Source: Candidatus Poribacteria bacterium (GTDB taxonomy: Bacteria; Poribacteria; WGA-4E; WGA-3G). Taken from it: a stretch of 64,000 bases of DNA. The translations under genes were made by a program, and so were the position numbers. A model generated the notes under the pieces. That model was not told the origin of the DNA, did not search any database, and was given only the letters and a program-made list of their open reading frames with translations. This document shows positions 9,796-19,745 of the stretch, piece after piece; the first letter of the stretch is position 1, and every line of letters starts with the position of its first letter. The DNA is taken from the NCBI GenBank assembly GCA_021295715.1, contig JAGWBV010000003.1, positions 203,043 through 267,042 on the forward strand, read 5' to 3'.

Positions 9796-11421
9796 TCATT
9801 CCGAAACAATTTCTTTCCCTTCAACTGCAATAAGCCGTTGATTCACCGAAAGGTTGGTTGCAGTATCAACAATTCCACTGTTCCAACGGATTTCCAACAA
9901 GTCAATATTTTCAGCATCCTTCAGTCCGAAATGAACCCGAAGGTCGCTGAATGCGAGATAACTTCCACTACTCTTCACTTCTGCATACTGCGTGAGTCCA
10001 CCAGCAACAACTTTGATATGCGCGCCGATAGCGGAACGGTTGCTTTTTGTGCCGACGGCTTGCACCTGTATCCAATTGTTTTGGTTCCCCCCCTCATTTC
10101 TCAGGAGATCAACGGTCTGATTCCAGTTCGTGATAAGGATATCGATGTCGCCATCGTTATCATAGTCGCCAAAAGCGGCAGCTCGACTTGTCTTACGCAG
10201 TGCGAACCCCTCTCCCATCTGTGCTGTGACATTCGCGAATTTCCCATTACCTAAATTCCGAAAGAGTAGATTTTGCTGCGGTGTCGTCGTGGATCGATCG
10301 ACCTCGGCGATGTTGTCCATGGTATGCCCATTTGCGACGAATATATCCTTGTAACCGTCGTTATCGACATCGAGAAAACCGATGCCCCAACCGAGGTAAC
10401 GATGTGTGTGTTCGGCAACCCCAGCAGGAATTGTGGCATCAATGAAAAAGTTGTCCCCTTCATTGTGGTAGAGAGTATTCGTCTCGTTCTGGAAGTTACT
10501 GACTGTGAGATCTAATTTGCCATCGTTGTCATAATCTGCGAAGGCGACCCCCATCCCCGCTTCTGCTTTTCCCATATCGCTGCAGCTGACACCAGAAAGC
10601 AATCCCGCCTCTTCAAAGGTGCCGTCGCCTTGATTTTCAAATAGGAAATTGAAATCCTGATCGTTGGCGACATAGATGTCAATGTCACCATCGTTGTCAC
10701 TATCTCCAATGGCAACGCCGAGACCGTGCGCAGCAGGGACGCTTAACAAACCGCTCTGTTCGGTCAGATTGATGAAAGTGCCGTCCCCTTTGTTACGATA
10801 CAATACATCTGGTTGCGGGGGATAAGAACTCGGACCACAGTAAACAGCAATGTCGTGTCGATAACACGGTTTGTCAGTATTAGGGGTATATTTCGCATAA
10901 TTGCTCACGTAGAGTTCCAGAAACCCATCATTGTCAAAGTCAGCAAAGGCACAACTCGTTCCCCATCCGGTATCTGCGACCTGTGCGGCGGCTGCGACAT
11001 CGGTGAAAGTGCCATTCCCATTGTTACGGTAAAGTGCATTGTCACCGAAGTTGGTTACATAGAGGTCTATGTTGCCATCGTTATCGTAATCGCCGGCGGT
11101 TGCGCCGACACCATAGCGGGTATCGCCGACACCTGCGATGCTGGTGACATCTGTGAAAGTGCCATCACCGTTGTTGTGGTAGAGAACGTTCGTAGGGAGT
11201 GGCGCAGCGACCTGCTCTCCCTGCGGACTCGCATTGATAAGGTAGATGTCCAAATATCCGTCGTTATCGTAATCGAAGAAGCCACCGCCTGATCCGTATT
11301 GCTCATTAAAGAGACGTTCGCCGCTTTCACCGTCGGTGTGCTTGAAGTGAATCCTTGATTCTTCAGCCACCTCAACAAAAGTGACAGCGTATACTACAGA
11401 CGACACGAAAAAGGCACACAT
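9796..11421 (-). CDS. secreted FG-GAP/VCBS repeat protein with C-terminal ASPIC/UnbV domain (CRTAC1-like)
   Basis: It contains multiple DxDxDGxxD calcium-binding FG-GAP repeats (FDYDNDGYLDIY, GDYDNDGNIDLY, etc.) and an ASPIC/UnbV-like C-terminus. The signal-peptide start is ATG 11421; the track's longer version would read through the upstream repeat box. Confidence 0.8.
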   Translation of the reverse strand: MCAFFVSSVVYAVTFVEVAEESRIHFKHTDGESGERLFNEQYGSGGGFFDYDNDGYLDIYLINASPQGEQVAAPLPTNVLYHNNGDGTFTDVTSIAGVGDTRYGVGATAGDYDNDGNIDLYVTNFGDNALYRNNGNGTFTDVAAAAQVADTGWGTSCAFADFDNDGFLELYVSNYAKYTPNTDKPCYRHDIAVYCGPSSYPPQPDVLYRNKGDGTFINLTEQSGLLSVPAAHGLGVAIGDSDNDGDIDIYVANDQDFNFLFENQGDGTFEEAGLLSGVSCSDMGKAEAGMGVAFADYDNDGKLDLTVSNFQNETNTLYHNEGDNFFIDATIPAGVAEHTHRYLGWGIGFLDVDNDGYKDIFVANGHTMDNIAEVDRSTTTPQQNLLFRNLGNGKFANVTAQMGEGFALRKTSRAAAFGDYDNDGDIDILITNWNQTVDLLRNEGGNQNNWIQVQAVGTKSNRSAIGAHIKVVAGGLTQYAEVKSSGSYLAFSDLRVHFGLKDAENIDLLEIRWNSGIVDTATNLSVNQRLIAVEGKEIVSE

Positions 11422-11589
11422 TAGGAAAGAAAAACGAATTTTTAATTTTACCTTGCGGATAAACACTGTGGGTTTCATCTGTGGCATGCCTTTCTCAAAT
11501 CCGCCTGCGTGTTTTTGCTTGGGTATTTCTGCGTATTGTTGCAGGCTACTGCTTTGAGTCTAACGAACACGTCTTAACGGAGACAGAAA
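11422..11589 (-). repeat. copy of composite intergenic element (start-proximal box 11439-11458)
   Basis: It contains TTTTTAATTTTACCTTGCGG plus the AAATCCGCCTGCGTGTTTTTGC and TTTCTGCGTATTGTTGCAGGC modules. Confidence 0.6.
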
Positions 11590-13191
11590 TTAAAAACGCT
11601 TTTTTGTAGCCTCCATCGCCAGACGAATCTCGTTCAAGCGGTCTTTGTAGGCGGTATTCTTCGGTTCTAAGTCAATTGCGCGTAAGATAGACTGTTCCGC
11701 CTGCGTATATGCTCCGTAGCGGTAGTATGCGTAAGCGAGGGTATCCAAGCGAGCGGCATTAGCGTCTAACGCGACAGCACGTTCCGCCAATTCAACTGCG
11801 CGCTTCAGGTGCTCACCTTGCGATGCATAAAGCCACGCGAGATTGTTATGCGCATCTGCCGAGTTTTCATCCACAGCAATCGCTTGCGTAAAAGCGTGAA
11901 TAGCATCTGAGACCTGCTGCTGTTTGAGATGAAGAACGCCCTGTCGTACCCACGCTTTTGCGTCATTGGGATGGATGGATGTCAATTGTTGGTAAACGGC
12001 AATCGCGTCGGCAAACATGTGTTGCTGGGCATAGACCTCTGCGAGTCCATAGTAGGCTGGGGTTAAATTCTTATCCCGTTGAATCGCTGTTTGAAGACAA
12101 CTCTGTGCTTCAGTGAACTTGCGTTGGCGAGCGTGCAACCAACCGAGATGGAGATGTGCTTCAGCGTCTGTATCATCAAGCGCAATAAGGTGTTGAAAAG
12201 CTGAAACTGCTTCTGCGAACTGCCCCGTCTGCATGTAAAGTCCGCCCAAATTGTGATAAAGCAGGAGTGTATTGGGATGCAACGCAGTAGCGATTTTATA
12301 GGCGTGAATTGCTTCCTTAGAGTTGCCGATTTCAATGTGTGCTTCTGCCAGTTTCACATGTGGCTCTAAGGCAGTCGGTTGCTCCAGCAAGCGTCTGCGA
12401 TATCGGTTCGTCTGATCGTTATAGGTTTTCACCCGTTGGAAAGAGGTCATCAATTTTTTCGCTTCCGCCAGATTCTGTTTGGCAACATCACCATCCGAAC
12501 GCTGTCCCAAACGTCGATAAACGAGCGCGAGATTGTAATGGGTCTCGGCGTGATACGGCGCGATCGTGAGAGCCGTCTGGTAATTCTGGGCGGCGTCCTC
12601 TAATCTATCCTGTAGGAACGCAATTTTGCCCAACCCCTGATAGACGGGTGCGAGGCTTTCATCCAGTGCGAGTGCCTGCTGATACGCACGTTTCGCCAAC
12701 GCCAACTTACCTCTTTGGACGTAAGTATCGGCAAGTCGGAAAAAGGGTTCAGCGTTCTTTGGTAGCATGGCGACAGCGTGTTGCCCGTGGTTTTCAGCGT
12801 CTACGAACCTTCCTTGTGAATGGTAAAGCCGCGCCAGACAGACATGGGCAACACCGTGAGTCCGTGGCGATGCAGGCAATTCCAAAGCATGGAGATACGC
12901 CTCTAACGCATCGTCGGTTTTTTCCTTGAGTCTATAAACCGCACCGAGTTCGCAGTACGCCTCTGCATTTTGTGGGTTCAATTGCAAGACTCGCTGAAAA
13001 TCGGCGAGTGCTTCGTCATAAAGTCCCAATTGGATTGCGCGCATCCCGCTGGCATAATATTTGGACTGTTCGTCGTCAAACACATTATCGGTTTGCTGAG
13101 CAAAAACCAGAGATGCAACAAAGCAGAAAGCGAGGAAGTTCGTCACAAACCAACTTTTTTTCCCATGACCGCTTTTGAAGTGATTCCACAT
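11590..13191 (-). CDS. TPR repeat protein (signal peptide or TM anchor, then at least 12 TPR units)
   Basis: It shows repeated 34-aa TPR pattern (AEAYCELGAVYRL ... ALEAY..AL). Start is ATG 13191 with GGAGG upstream. The 13281 start in the track would overlap nagA. Confidence 0.8.
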   Translation of the reverse strand: MWNHFKSGHGKKSWFVTNFLAFCFVASLVFAQQTDNVFDDEQSKYYASGMRAIQLGLYDEALADFQRVLQLNPQNAEAYCELGAVYRLKEKTDDALEAYLHALELPASPRTHGVAHVCLARLYHSQGRFVDAENHGQHAVAMLPKNAEPFFRLADTYVQRGKLALAKRAYQQALALDESLAPVYQGLGKIAFLQDRLEDAAQNYQTALTIAPYHAETHYNLALVYRRLGQRSDGDVAKQNLAEAKKLMTSFQRVKTYNDQTNRYRRRLLEQPTALEPHVKLAEAHIEIGNSKEAIHAYKIATALHPNTLLLYHNLGGLYMQTGQFAEAVSAFQHLIALDDTDAEAHLHLGWLHARQRKFTEAQSCLQTAIQRDKNLTPAYYGLAEVYAQQHMFADAIAVYQQLTSIHPNDAKAWVRQGVLHLKQQQVSDAIHAFTQAIAVDENSADAHNNLAWLYASQGEHLKRAVELAERAVALDANAARLDTLAYAYYRYGAYTQAEQSILRAIDLEPKNTAYKDRLNEIRLAMEATKKRF

Positions 13192-13196
13192 CTGCT

Positions 13197-14342
13197 TCAC
13201 CGTTGTGCCTCCGAATGATATACCAAGGCATCTCCAATAATTGTCGCCAGCAGATTGATTTCGCAGTGTGCTGGATCCCATTCAAAGAGAATTAGGTTCG
13301 TCTGCGCTTCTACGCGTTTTTTTGCGTTAAGGAGACGCATCGGTTGTAGCGTGGCGAGTGAGACTGATTCCTCAAGGGAAATACCTGCAAACCGGACACT
13401 GTTCTCAATACCGCGTGCTAATTCGATAGCAGAACCGGCGAGATACTCTGTCCCGACCAATCGGACACATCGTTCTGCGGTCAATTCCACCGATTTTCCT
13501 GCAAACTGATAGATACCGGGCTTCATTCCGGCTAAAGCGACAGCATCGCTGACAAGAAGGCACCGATCAAGCGTTTTGGCGCGTATCATCGACTTAGCAA
13601 CGGTAGGCGGGAGGTGATGCCCATCAACAATAAGGCTTGCCCAGAGCTCATCAGCACCGAGTTGCTCCCAAATATAATTCGGATGGCGACGAATTAAGGC
13701 GTGCGCACCATTGCCGAGATGCGTGGACAGTCTCGCGCCAGCGTCAATTGCCGCTCGAATATCGTCCGCCGAAGCATCTGTATGTCCCAATGCAACGACA
13801 ATCCCATTCGCGACCAGCTTTTCAATAAACGGACTGGCACCCTTTTTTTCAGGGGCGAGCGTTACAATGGTGATTTGCCCTTCGGCACTGTCCTGCCACC
13901 GCTGAAACTCGTCCCAATCCGGTTCTCTCACATGCTCTAACGGATGTGCGCCTCGCGGTCCATCCTCGGCGGAGATATAGGGTCCTTCAAGATGGATTCC
14001 AAGCACTGAGTGTGCAACAAGCGGATCGGCTTTACACGCTTTTAGAATAGCACGAAGGGAATTACGGATTCCCTCAAAAGAACCCGTCACAACTGTGGGA
14101 CACAAGAAGCCGGTGCCGACCCGCCACAGGGCGCGGACCATTTCGGATACATCTTCCGACGTAACGGTAGCAACATTGAGGTCGAATCCAGCAAAACCAT
14201 TCACCTGAATATCTATCAATGCCGGTGCGATCCATGTGTTGCTGTTGACAGAGCCTACTTTGTGAATTGTTTGAACGTGCCCATCAGTCAGAACAATCTC
14301 GGTAGGGGTGTTATTGAAAAGTGTACATCCACGAAATTTCAT
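13197..14342 (-). CDS. nagA: N-acetylglucosamine-6-phosphate deacetylase
   Basis: The product is an amidohydrolase-fold NagA: DIQVNGFAGFD N-terminal metal motif, a HLEGPYIS region, and a HTDA/H-x-H context. No SD; CTGACTG CTGATGG CTGACTG C TATAAA AAAC precedes the ATG. Confidence 0.85.
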   Translation of the reverse strand: MKFRGCTLFNNTPTEIVLTDGHVQTIHKVGSVNSNTWIAPALIDIQVNGFAGFDLNVATVTSEDVSEMVRALWRVGTGFLCPTVVTGSFEGIRNSLRAILKACKADPLVAHSVLGIHLEGPYISAEDGPRGAHPLEHVREPDWDEFQRWQDSAEGQITIVTLAPEKKGASPFIEKLVANGIVVALGHTDASADDIRAAIDAGARLSTHLGNGAHALIRRHPNYIWEQLGADELWASLIVDGHHLPPTVAKSMIRAKTLDRCLLVSDAVALAGMKPGIYQFAGKSVELTAERCVRLVGTEYLAGSAIELARGIENSVRFAGISLEESVSLATLQPMRLLNAKKRVEAQTNLILFEWDPAHCEINLLATIIGDALVYHSEAQR

Positions 14343-14686
14343 GTTTTTTATAGCAGTCAGCCATCAGCAGTCAGCGCGGAATAGAAGATTGAAAGTCCCT
14401 TAGATGGAAGAATGGAAAGATAGGTGTCCGACTGTGCAACCTTCCAACCAAGCCTTGCTACCCAAACACTAAAGGTTCCCAATGGTTTCTATAATACCTG
14501 AAAACGGATTTGTTACCAAGAAAAAAGGGTTGCATTTTTTGGCGAAATTCGGTTAAAGTATATTCAAGAACATCTGAACCAGTTTACGGAACTATCGTCT
14601 GATTTCTTCGGAGCAAGTTTTCGGAACATATAGGTCACGCCGAAATTTCTGCTGAAGGGAGTAACGATTTGGACGTGGAGGACAAA

Positions 14687-15425
14687 ATGGAATATTTAGC
14701 ATACGGAAAAGGCAGGGCATCTCAATAACACCTGTGAAAACTATGAAGCTGGCGGCAAACTGATGTTGAAGGCTCTTGACGAAGGTATCACGTTCTGGGA
14801 TACCGCCGAAGGTTATGGAAGTCAACCGCATCTCGGAGAGGCAGTACGTCAAATTCCGCGAGAGGAAGTTGTCATACAAACGAAAACCGGTGCGAAAGAT
14901 TATGAAGGTGCCAAGGCAACACGTTCTCTTCAGGAAATGCAAACGGATTACTTAGATGTTCTATTACTGCACGGTATCGCCTCGCCTGAAGATTTAGTAT
15001 CGCGAGAAGGCGCACTCGACGCGTTCCGAGAAGCAAAAGCGGCTGGCAAAATCCGAGTTATTGGCTGTTCTACACATATCTATACAGGTTCGGTGATGGA
15101 CGCAGTGATTGACCACCCAGAACTTGAGGTAATTCTGACGACAGCCAATAAAGAGGGTAAGATGTTAGAGGGCGGTCCTTTTAATCGGCATCTGGAATAC
15201 ATCGAACGTGCCTATTCGCTCGGTAAAGGCATCAGTATCATGAAGGTTATCGTCGCAGGTGATATTCCAGAGGCAGATATGCCGGAATGGATTGCGTGGG
15301 GTTTTAACCTCGAAACGGCACATGCGATCAACCTCGGTATCAGCGATTACCCGCACATCACACTGGATGTCGGTCTTGCCCGTGCGAGTGCGAGACGACG
15401 TTTGATACAACGTAAAGCGGCTTAA
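14687..15425 (+). pseudogene. aldo/keto reductase with a disrupted N-terminus (probable pseudogene or truncated)
   Basis: The SD-preceded ATG 14687 encodes MEYLAYGKGRASQ then a stop. That peptide resembles the AKR N-terminus (MEYRxLGKTG...). The AKR core resumes in another frame (ALDEGITFWDTAEGYG ... 14763..15425) without the first beta-strand segment. Confidence 0.5.
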
Positions 15426-15627
15426 AGGCGGTTGGCAATTGGCTGTTAGCGAATGGTGACTGGCAATTAGCAATCAGAAAGAGGTCCGTAAAGAGGTTTT
15501 CTTACAACCAAACTGATAGCCTGCAACAATACGCAGAAATACCCAAGCAAAAACACGCAGGCGGATATAAGGGAAGCACGTAATAGTCCAAACGCACGTT
15601 GTTCCTCCGCAAGGTAAAAATAAAAAA
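15426..15627 (+). repeat. copy of composite intergenic element in plus orientation (heptad repeats, AAGAGG, GC hairpin, start-proximal box fused to the TTG start of trmH-like gene)
   Basis: The order is TTGGCAATTGGCTGTTAGCGAATGGTGACTGGCAATTAGCAATCAG, then AAAGAGG, then GCCTGCAACAATACGCAGAAA, then CAAAAACACGCAGGCGGAT, then CCGCAAGGTAAAAATAAAAAA, then TTG. Confidence 0.6.
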
Positions 15628-16140
15628 TTGAAACAACTACGCGGCAAACCGCTCAAAGACTTTCTGAAGCAGGTGAAACCGCCGGAAAGAGAACTGGTTT
15701 TTATCCTACAAGACGTGCAAGACCCGGTGAATGTCGGTTCTGCATTTCGGATAGCGGACGCATGTCGTGTGAAAGAACTAATCTTGACAGGTATCAGCGC
15801 ACAACCGCCCCACCCATTGGTGCGCAAAGTGGCACGCGGGAAACACAGAAGGGTCAAATGGCGATACACTGAGCAGGCAGCGGACGCGATTGCATTACTT
15901 AAAGCCGATGGTTACATGAGCTGCGCTTTAGAAGTTACTGCGCACTCCATGCGTTACGATGAGGCAGACTATCCAGAAAAAATCTGTCTCATCGTAGGAC
16001 ACGAAGACCACGGGGTAACGAAACGAACGCTTGCTGCCTGTGACATGGTCATCTATCTTCCAATGTATGGCGCGGGAGCCTCACTGAACGTTCACGTCTC
16101 GCTCGGTATCGCCGCCTATCACATTTTACATCAATTTTAA
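15628..16140 (+). CDS. SpoU/TrmH family RNA 2'-O-methyltransferase
   Basis: VFILQDVQDPVNVGSAFRIADACRV is SPOUT motif 1, with the C-terminal knot motifs present. The start is TTG. Confidence 0.8.
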   Translation: MKQLRGKPLKDFLKQVKPPERELVFILQDVQDPVNVGSAFRIADACRVKELILTGISAQPPHPLVRKVARGKHRRVKWRYTEQAADAIALLKADGYMSCALEVTAHSMRYDEADYPEKICLIVGHEDHGVTKRTLAACDMVIYLPMYGAGASLNVHVSLGIAAYHILHQF

Positions 16141-16320
16141 TAGTTGTCAGTTATCAGCACGCTGCGCTTTCAGTTATCAGTTAAGAGATCTTGGTTTAAC
16201 AATACCGTCTTTTAACTTATAACCGACAGCCGACAACTCATAACTACAAAGAGATACGTATCCAATCAGAGAACGACGATTGACTTAATGGATCAACCGT
16301 AGCGAGGACCATAGTAAAAA

Positions 16321-17394
16321 ATGTCGAAAACGATGCGAGCGATTATGTGTCGCGAACCGTGGGATTACCGCCTCGAAGAGGTCCCGATGCCAGAGGCAGG
16401 TCCCGGCGAAGTCGTCATTAAGGTGAATGCATGCGGGGTCTGCGCAAGCGACATTAAGTGTTATACAGGCGCGCCACTCTTCTGGGGAGATGAGAATCGC
16501 AAACCGTATGTAGAAGCACCCGTTATTGCTGGACACGAATTCATCGGTGAAGTCGTGGAACTCGGTCAGGGGGCTGGCGAGAAGTATAAACTTGAAATCG
16601 GTGATACGGCTATTGCAGAGCAGATAGTTCCGTGTTGGGAGTGTCGGTATTGCCGAACTGGGAAGTACTGGCTTTGCCAAGTCCATAACATCTATGGGTT
16701 TCAACCGGTCGTGAACGGTGGTATGGCGGACTATATGAAGTTCCCGGCGCGCTCGCTTGTCTACAAGGTGCCTTCTGAGATTCCGACAGCAAATGCCGCA
16801 GTGATTGAACCACTCGCTTGTTCTATTCATGCCATCCAACGCGGAAACATTGAGTTTGGTGATGTTGTCGTGATTGCGGGGGCAGGCACGCTTGGACTCG
16901 GTATGATCGGCGCGGCACGGTTGAAAAATCCGGGTGTGCTTATCGCCATCGACCTGATGCCGAACCGGTTAGAGGTTGCCAAAAAATTGGGAGCGGATAT
17001 TGGAATTAATCCATCGGAAACGGATGCTGTTCAAGAGGTGTTGGATCTCACGGAAGGCTACGGCTGTGATGTCTATATTGAGGCAACGGGACACCCGAAG
17101 GCGGTTGAGCAGGGACTGCACATGATTCGGAAGGCAGGCACCTTCGTCGAATTCAGCGTTATGCGGGAACCGGTAACAGTGGACTGGACGATCATCGGCG
17201 ACACGAAAGAATTGAATATCCACGGTTCGCATTTAGGACCGTATGCGTATCCGCTGGCGATTGATTATATCCATCGCGGTTTAATTGAAGTCGAGCATAT
17301 TGTGACGCATCAACTGCCGTTGGCGGACTATCTCACAGGATTCGAGATGGTTCAAGAAGGGGCGGATTCGATTAAGGTACAGTTGGTGCCTTAA
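16321..17394 (+). CDS. zinc-dependent alcohol dehydrogenase (sorbitol/threonine dehydrogenase-like MDR)
   Basis: It has a catalytic Zn site (GVCASD...H), a structural Zn Cys cluster (CWECRYCRTGKYWLC), and a GAGTLG Rossmann motif. Confidence 0.85.
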   Translation: MSKTMRAIMCREPWDYRLEEVPMPEAGPGEVVIKVNACGVCASDIKCYTGAPLFWGDENRKPYVEAPVIAGHEFIGEVVELGQGAGEKYKLEIGDTAIAEQIVPCWECRYCRTGKYWLCQVHNIYGFQPVVNGGMADYMKFPARSLVYKVPSEIPTANAAVIEPLACSIHAIQRGNIEFGDVVVIAGAGTLGLGMIGAARLKNPGVLIAIDLMPNRLEVAKKLGADIGINPSETDAVQEVLDLTEGYGCDVYIEATGHPKAVEQGLHMIRKAGTFVEFSVMREPVTVDWTIIGDTKELNIHGSHLGPYAYPLAIDYIHRGLIEVEHIVTHQLPLADYLTGFEMVQEGADSIKVQLVP

Positions 17395-18005
17395 CTTTGT
17401 CCAACAGATGCCTGACTTGCCGCTTTGAAGACGGCATTAATTGCCCCGAAGAGAACTGGCAAATTATCTATACTAAAACCCGTTCTATTTTGGATGAAGG
17501 CATCGTTAACAAGTTTCCCAAATTGCCATCGTTCCCCATCGCTGACAATACCGTACACCGGGGTATCCGGATCATCGTTGATTTTTTGGGCAGCGACTAA
17601 TTCTGCCAAGCATTGTCCCCAGCCTTGCTCAAAATCATTCTTCTTTGCTTCAACAGCAATTATCAAGGGTGTTCCAACAACAGTCATCCCTAATTCGGAT
17701 TTTGTAGCGACGAGGTAATCTGGCGTACCGTTCAGGGTTTCATCATAGGTAATGGGTTCCCTTATCCAGAGCGCGTAAGTATCAGCATACGCTTTGTAAG
17801 CCTCCTTTAAAACAGGAAAAATAATCGCTTCACAGCGCGATGCCTCAGATGAGAAAACGTTGACGTTTTCCATAGTAAATTTGAATTCTTGCAAAAACTG
17901 CTCCGAAGGGCTCGCCGCTTTAACTTTGAAAAAGTCATTTGTTATGTATTTGATTCTAAATTTTTTTTGGACTTCAGAGACCCTTTTGAAATCACTAAAT
18001 GCCAT
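17391..18005 (-). CDS. stand-alone PD-(D/E)xK nuclease-fold protein (HsdR-N-like restriction endonuclease-like domain)
   Basis: Core motif GTPDYLVA ... LIIAVEAKK (D ... E-x-K). Start is ATG 18005 with GGAGG upstream. Confidence 0.55.
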   Translation of the reverse strand: MAFSDFKRVSEVQKKFRIKYITNDFFKVKAASPSEQFLQEFKFTMENVNVFSSEASRCEAIIFPVLKEAYKAYADTYALWIREPITYDETLNGTPDYLVATKSELGMTVVGTPLIIAVEAKKNDFEQGWGQCLAELVAAQKINDDPDTPVYGIVSDGERWQFGKLVNDAFIQNRTGFSIDNLPVLFGAINAVFKAASQASVGQS

Positions 18006-18314
18006 GATTTTTATGCCTCCGGTGGATAATAACCTGCAGGTAACAACTCGGATTAACATATATTATATCTCAATATAGAATATAAACGTAATCTTTTTCT
18101 CATACCGTATTCCACACTTGGAGTGGATGAAAAGTGTGGACAGATACGGAGTTCCGCGTATACGCGGAGAGGGGTAAACCGATTTCAGCATTTTAGATTT
18201 GATCCTTTTCAAAAACTCTGGTAGAATACACGGGAATATGAAGAGACAGTAAGAACAACCAAAACAAAAAACGATATACGAGAATATAAGGAGTTAGGCA
18301 ATCCCTCCGGTTTC

Positions 18315-19595
18315 TTGCCTAATTTTCCGATGAAAATTACCGAGATTGAATCAATTCCATTGCGTGTGCCTTACGAAGAACGGATTCGCAAGAGATACTA
18401 TCACTTCGCGATGACCGAGTTGGTCACGGTCTATAAATTTTATACCGATACCGGTCTCATCGGTCTCGGAGAGAACCCAGGACCGCCGTTTGATCAGGAG
18501 GTGCTGGATGCCTATCTCGGCACGAATCCGTTCGATCACGTCATGGGTGACGGACGTTTTAATCTCGACATGGCGTGCTACGACCTGATGGGGAAACATC
18601 TTGGTCTGCCAGCATGGAAATTGATGGGTCAACAGGTTCGACAGTGGGTTGCGATGGGGTGGTGGATGCCGTGTATGTCTCCTGAGGACACCGCTGCTGA
18701 GGTTCAAGTCGCTGCTGAACGCGGATACCGCGGTTTGAAGTGTAAAGCTCGGGCTTTCTACGATGTTGTCGAGCAGTCGCATGCGATCCAAGAGGTCGCG
18801 TCCCCTGACTTTCGCGTGGAGTTCGACTTCAACGGCTCGTTAATTAATGTCGAAAAGGCACTACCTATCCTACGGGAACTGGAGAAAATTCCGGTCGTCA
18901 AGGGTCTCGAAGAACCGATTTTCGCTTATGATGTGGAGGGGTGGCGACGGTTACATCAAGAGATTCGGATTCCGTTCTATTTGCATGGTGTCGGTGTTAT
19001 CCGGGAGGGTGCCTCGCGTCAACCCTCTGGTCCATGGATTGGACTTCGGGTAGGCGATTTTGACGGTGCGCTGTGTAGCCACGAGAGTGTCAAAAGTGCG
19101 TTGGCATCGGGGTGGGCTTTCGCTGCTGCGAATACACCGATCCTACTCCAGTATGTCGGGACTGGTATTACGGCGGCATTTGCGTGTCATCTGGGAGCCG
19201 TGATACCGACAGCCACTATACCGGGTGTCACTGCGAGCCACGCTTATGAAAGCGATCTACTTGTTACACCGCACAAAGTCCAGCGCGGATTTATGCAGGT
19301 CCCTGACGGTCCCGGTCTCGGTGTCGCATTAGATGAAGATGCCGTGAAACGGTATTCCCAAACGCCTGAACCGACATGGGCGCGGCACATCTCCGTTGTC
19401 ACGTTACCGGGTGGCATAAAGCACTACTACCGAAACCTGCAACAAGCGGAACGTCTCATGAAGCAGGGGGTGGACGAATCTTATGCTCCGGGTGTCCGTC
19501 TGGATGAGTGGGAGGACGACGGTAGTGAAGCGTTTGACCAACTCTTCAAGCAGTTACAGGAGAGAGATTGGCCCGTGTGGGAGACATCGGTTTAG
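18315..19595 (+). CDS. enolase-superfamily enzyme (mandelate racemase/muconate lactonizing enzyme-like)
   Basis: It has the N-terminal capping-domain pattern and a central barrel with acidic metal ligands. Length is 426 aa. Confidence 0.75.
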   Translation: MPNFPMKITEIESIPLRVPYEERIRKRYYHFAMTELVTVYKFYTDTGLIGLGENPGPPFDQEVLDAYLGTNPFDHVMGDGRFNLDMACYDLMGKHLGLPAWKLMGQQVRQWVAMGWWMPCMSPEDTAAEVQVAAERGYRGLKCKARAFYDVVEQSHAIQEVASPDFRVEFDFNGSLINVEKALPILRELEKIPVVKGLEEPIFAYDVEGWRRLHQEIRIPFYLHGVGVIREGASRQPSGPWIGLRVGDFDGALCSHESVKSALASGWAFAAANTPILLQYVGTGITAAFACHLGAVIPTATIPGVTASHAYESDLLVTPHKVQRGFMQVPDGPGLGVALDEDAVKRYSQTPEPTWARHISVVTLPGGIKHYYRNLQQAERLMKQGVDESYAPGVRLDEWEDDGSEAFDQLFKQLQERDWPVWETSV

Positions 19596-19745
19596 TGTTG
19601 GGTTTCGCTATAATCCCAATGATGTTAAGATGCCTGAATTCCGAAGGTGAGACTTTAGTCTTGGGAGTTCTCCGTGATCTCCGCTCTACCCAACCTACGC
19701 ACTACGCACGAATCAGCTAACCTGTATGACAAGGAGTAGCATATT

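Noticed and set aside
14592-14942. 116-aa minus-strand ORF
   Set aside because: It overlaps the AKR remnant and its divergent promoter region, has no SD, and matches no family. It is likely spurious.
15440-15480. Sigma-54 promoter-like TGGCA ... TTGGC words inside the heptad repeats
   Set aside because: The GG-to-GC spacing does not fit the -24/-12 consensus, and the motif lies about 190 nt from the start codon.
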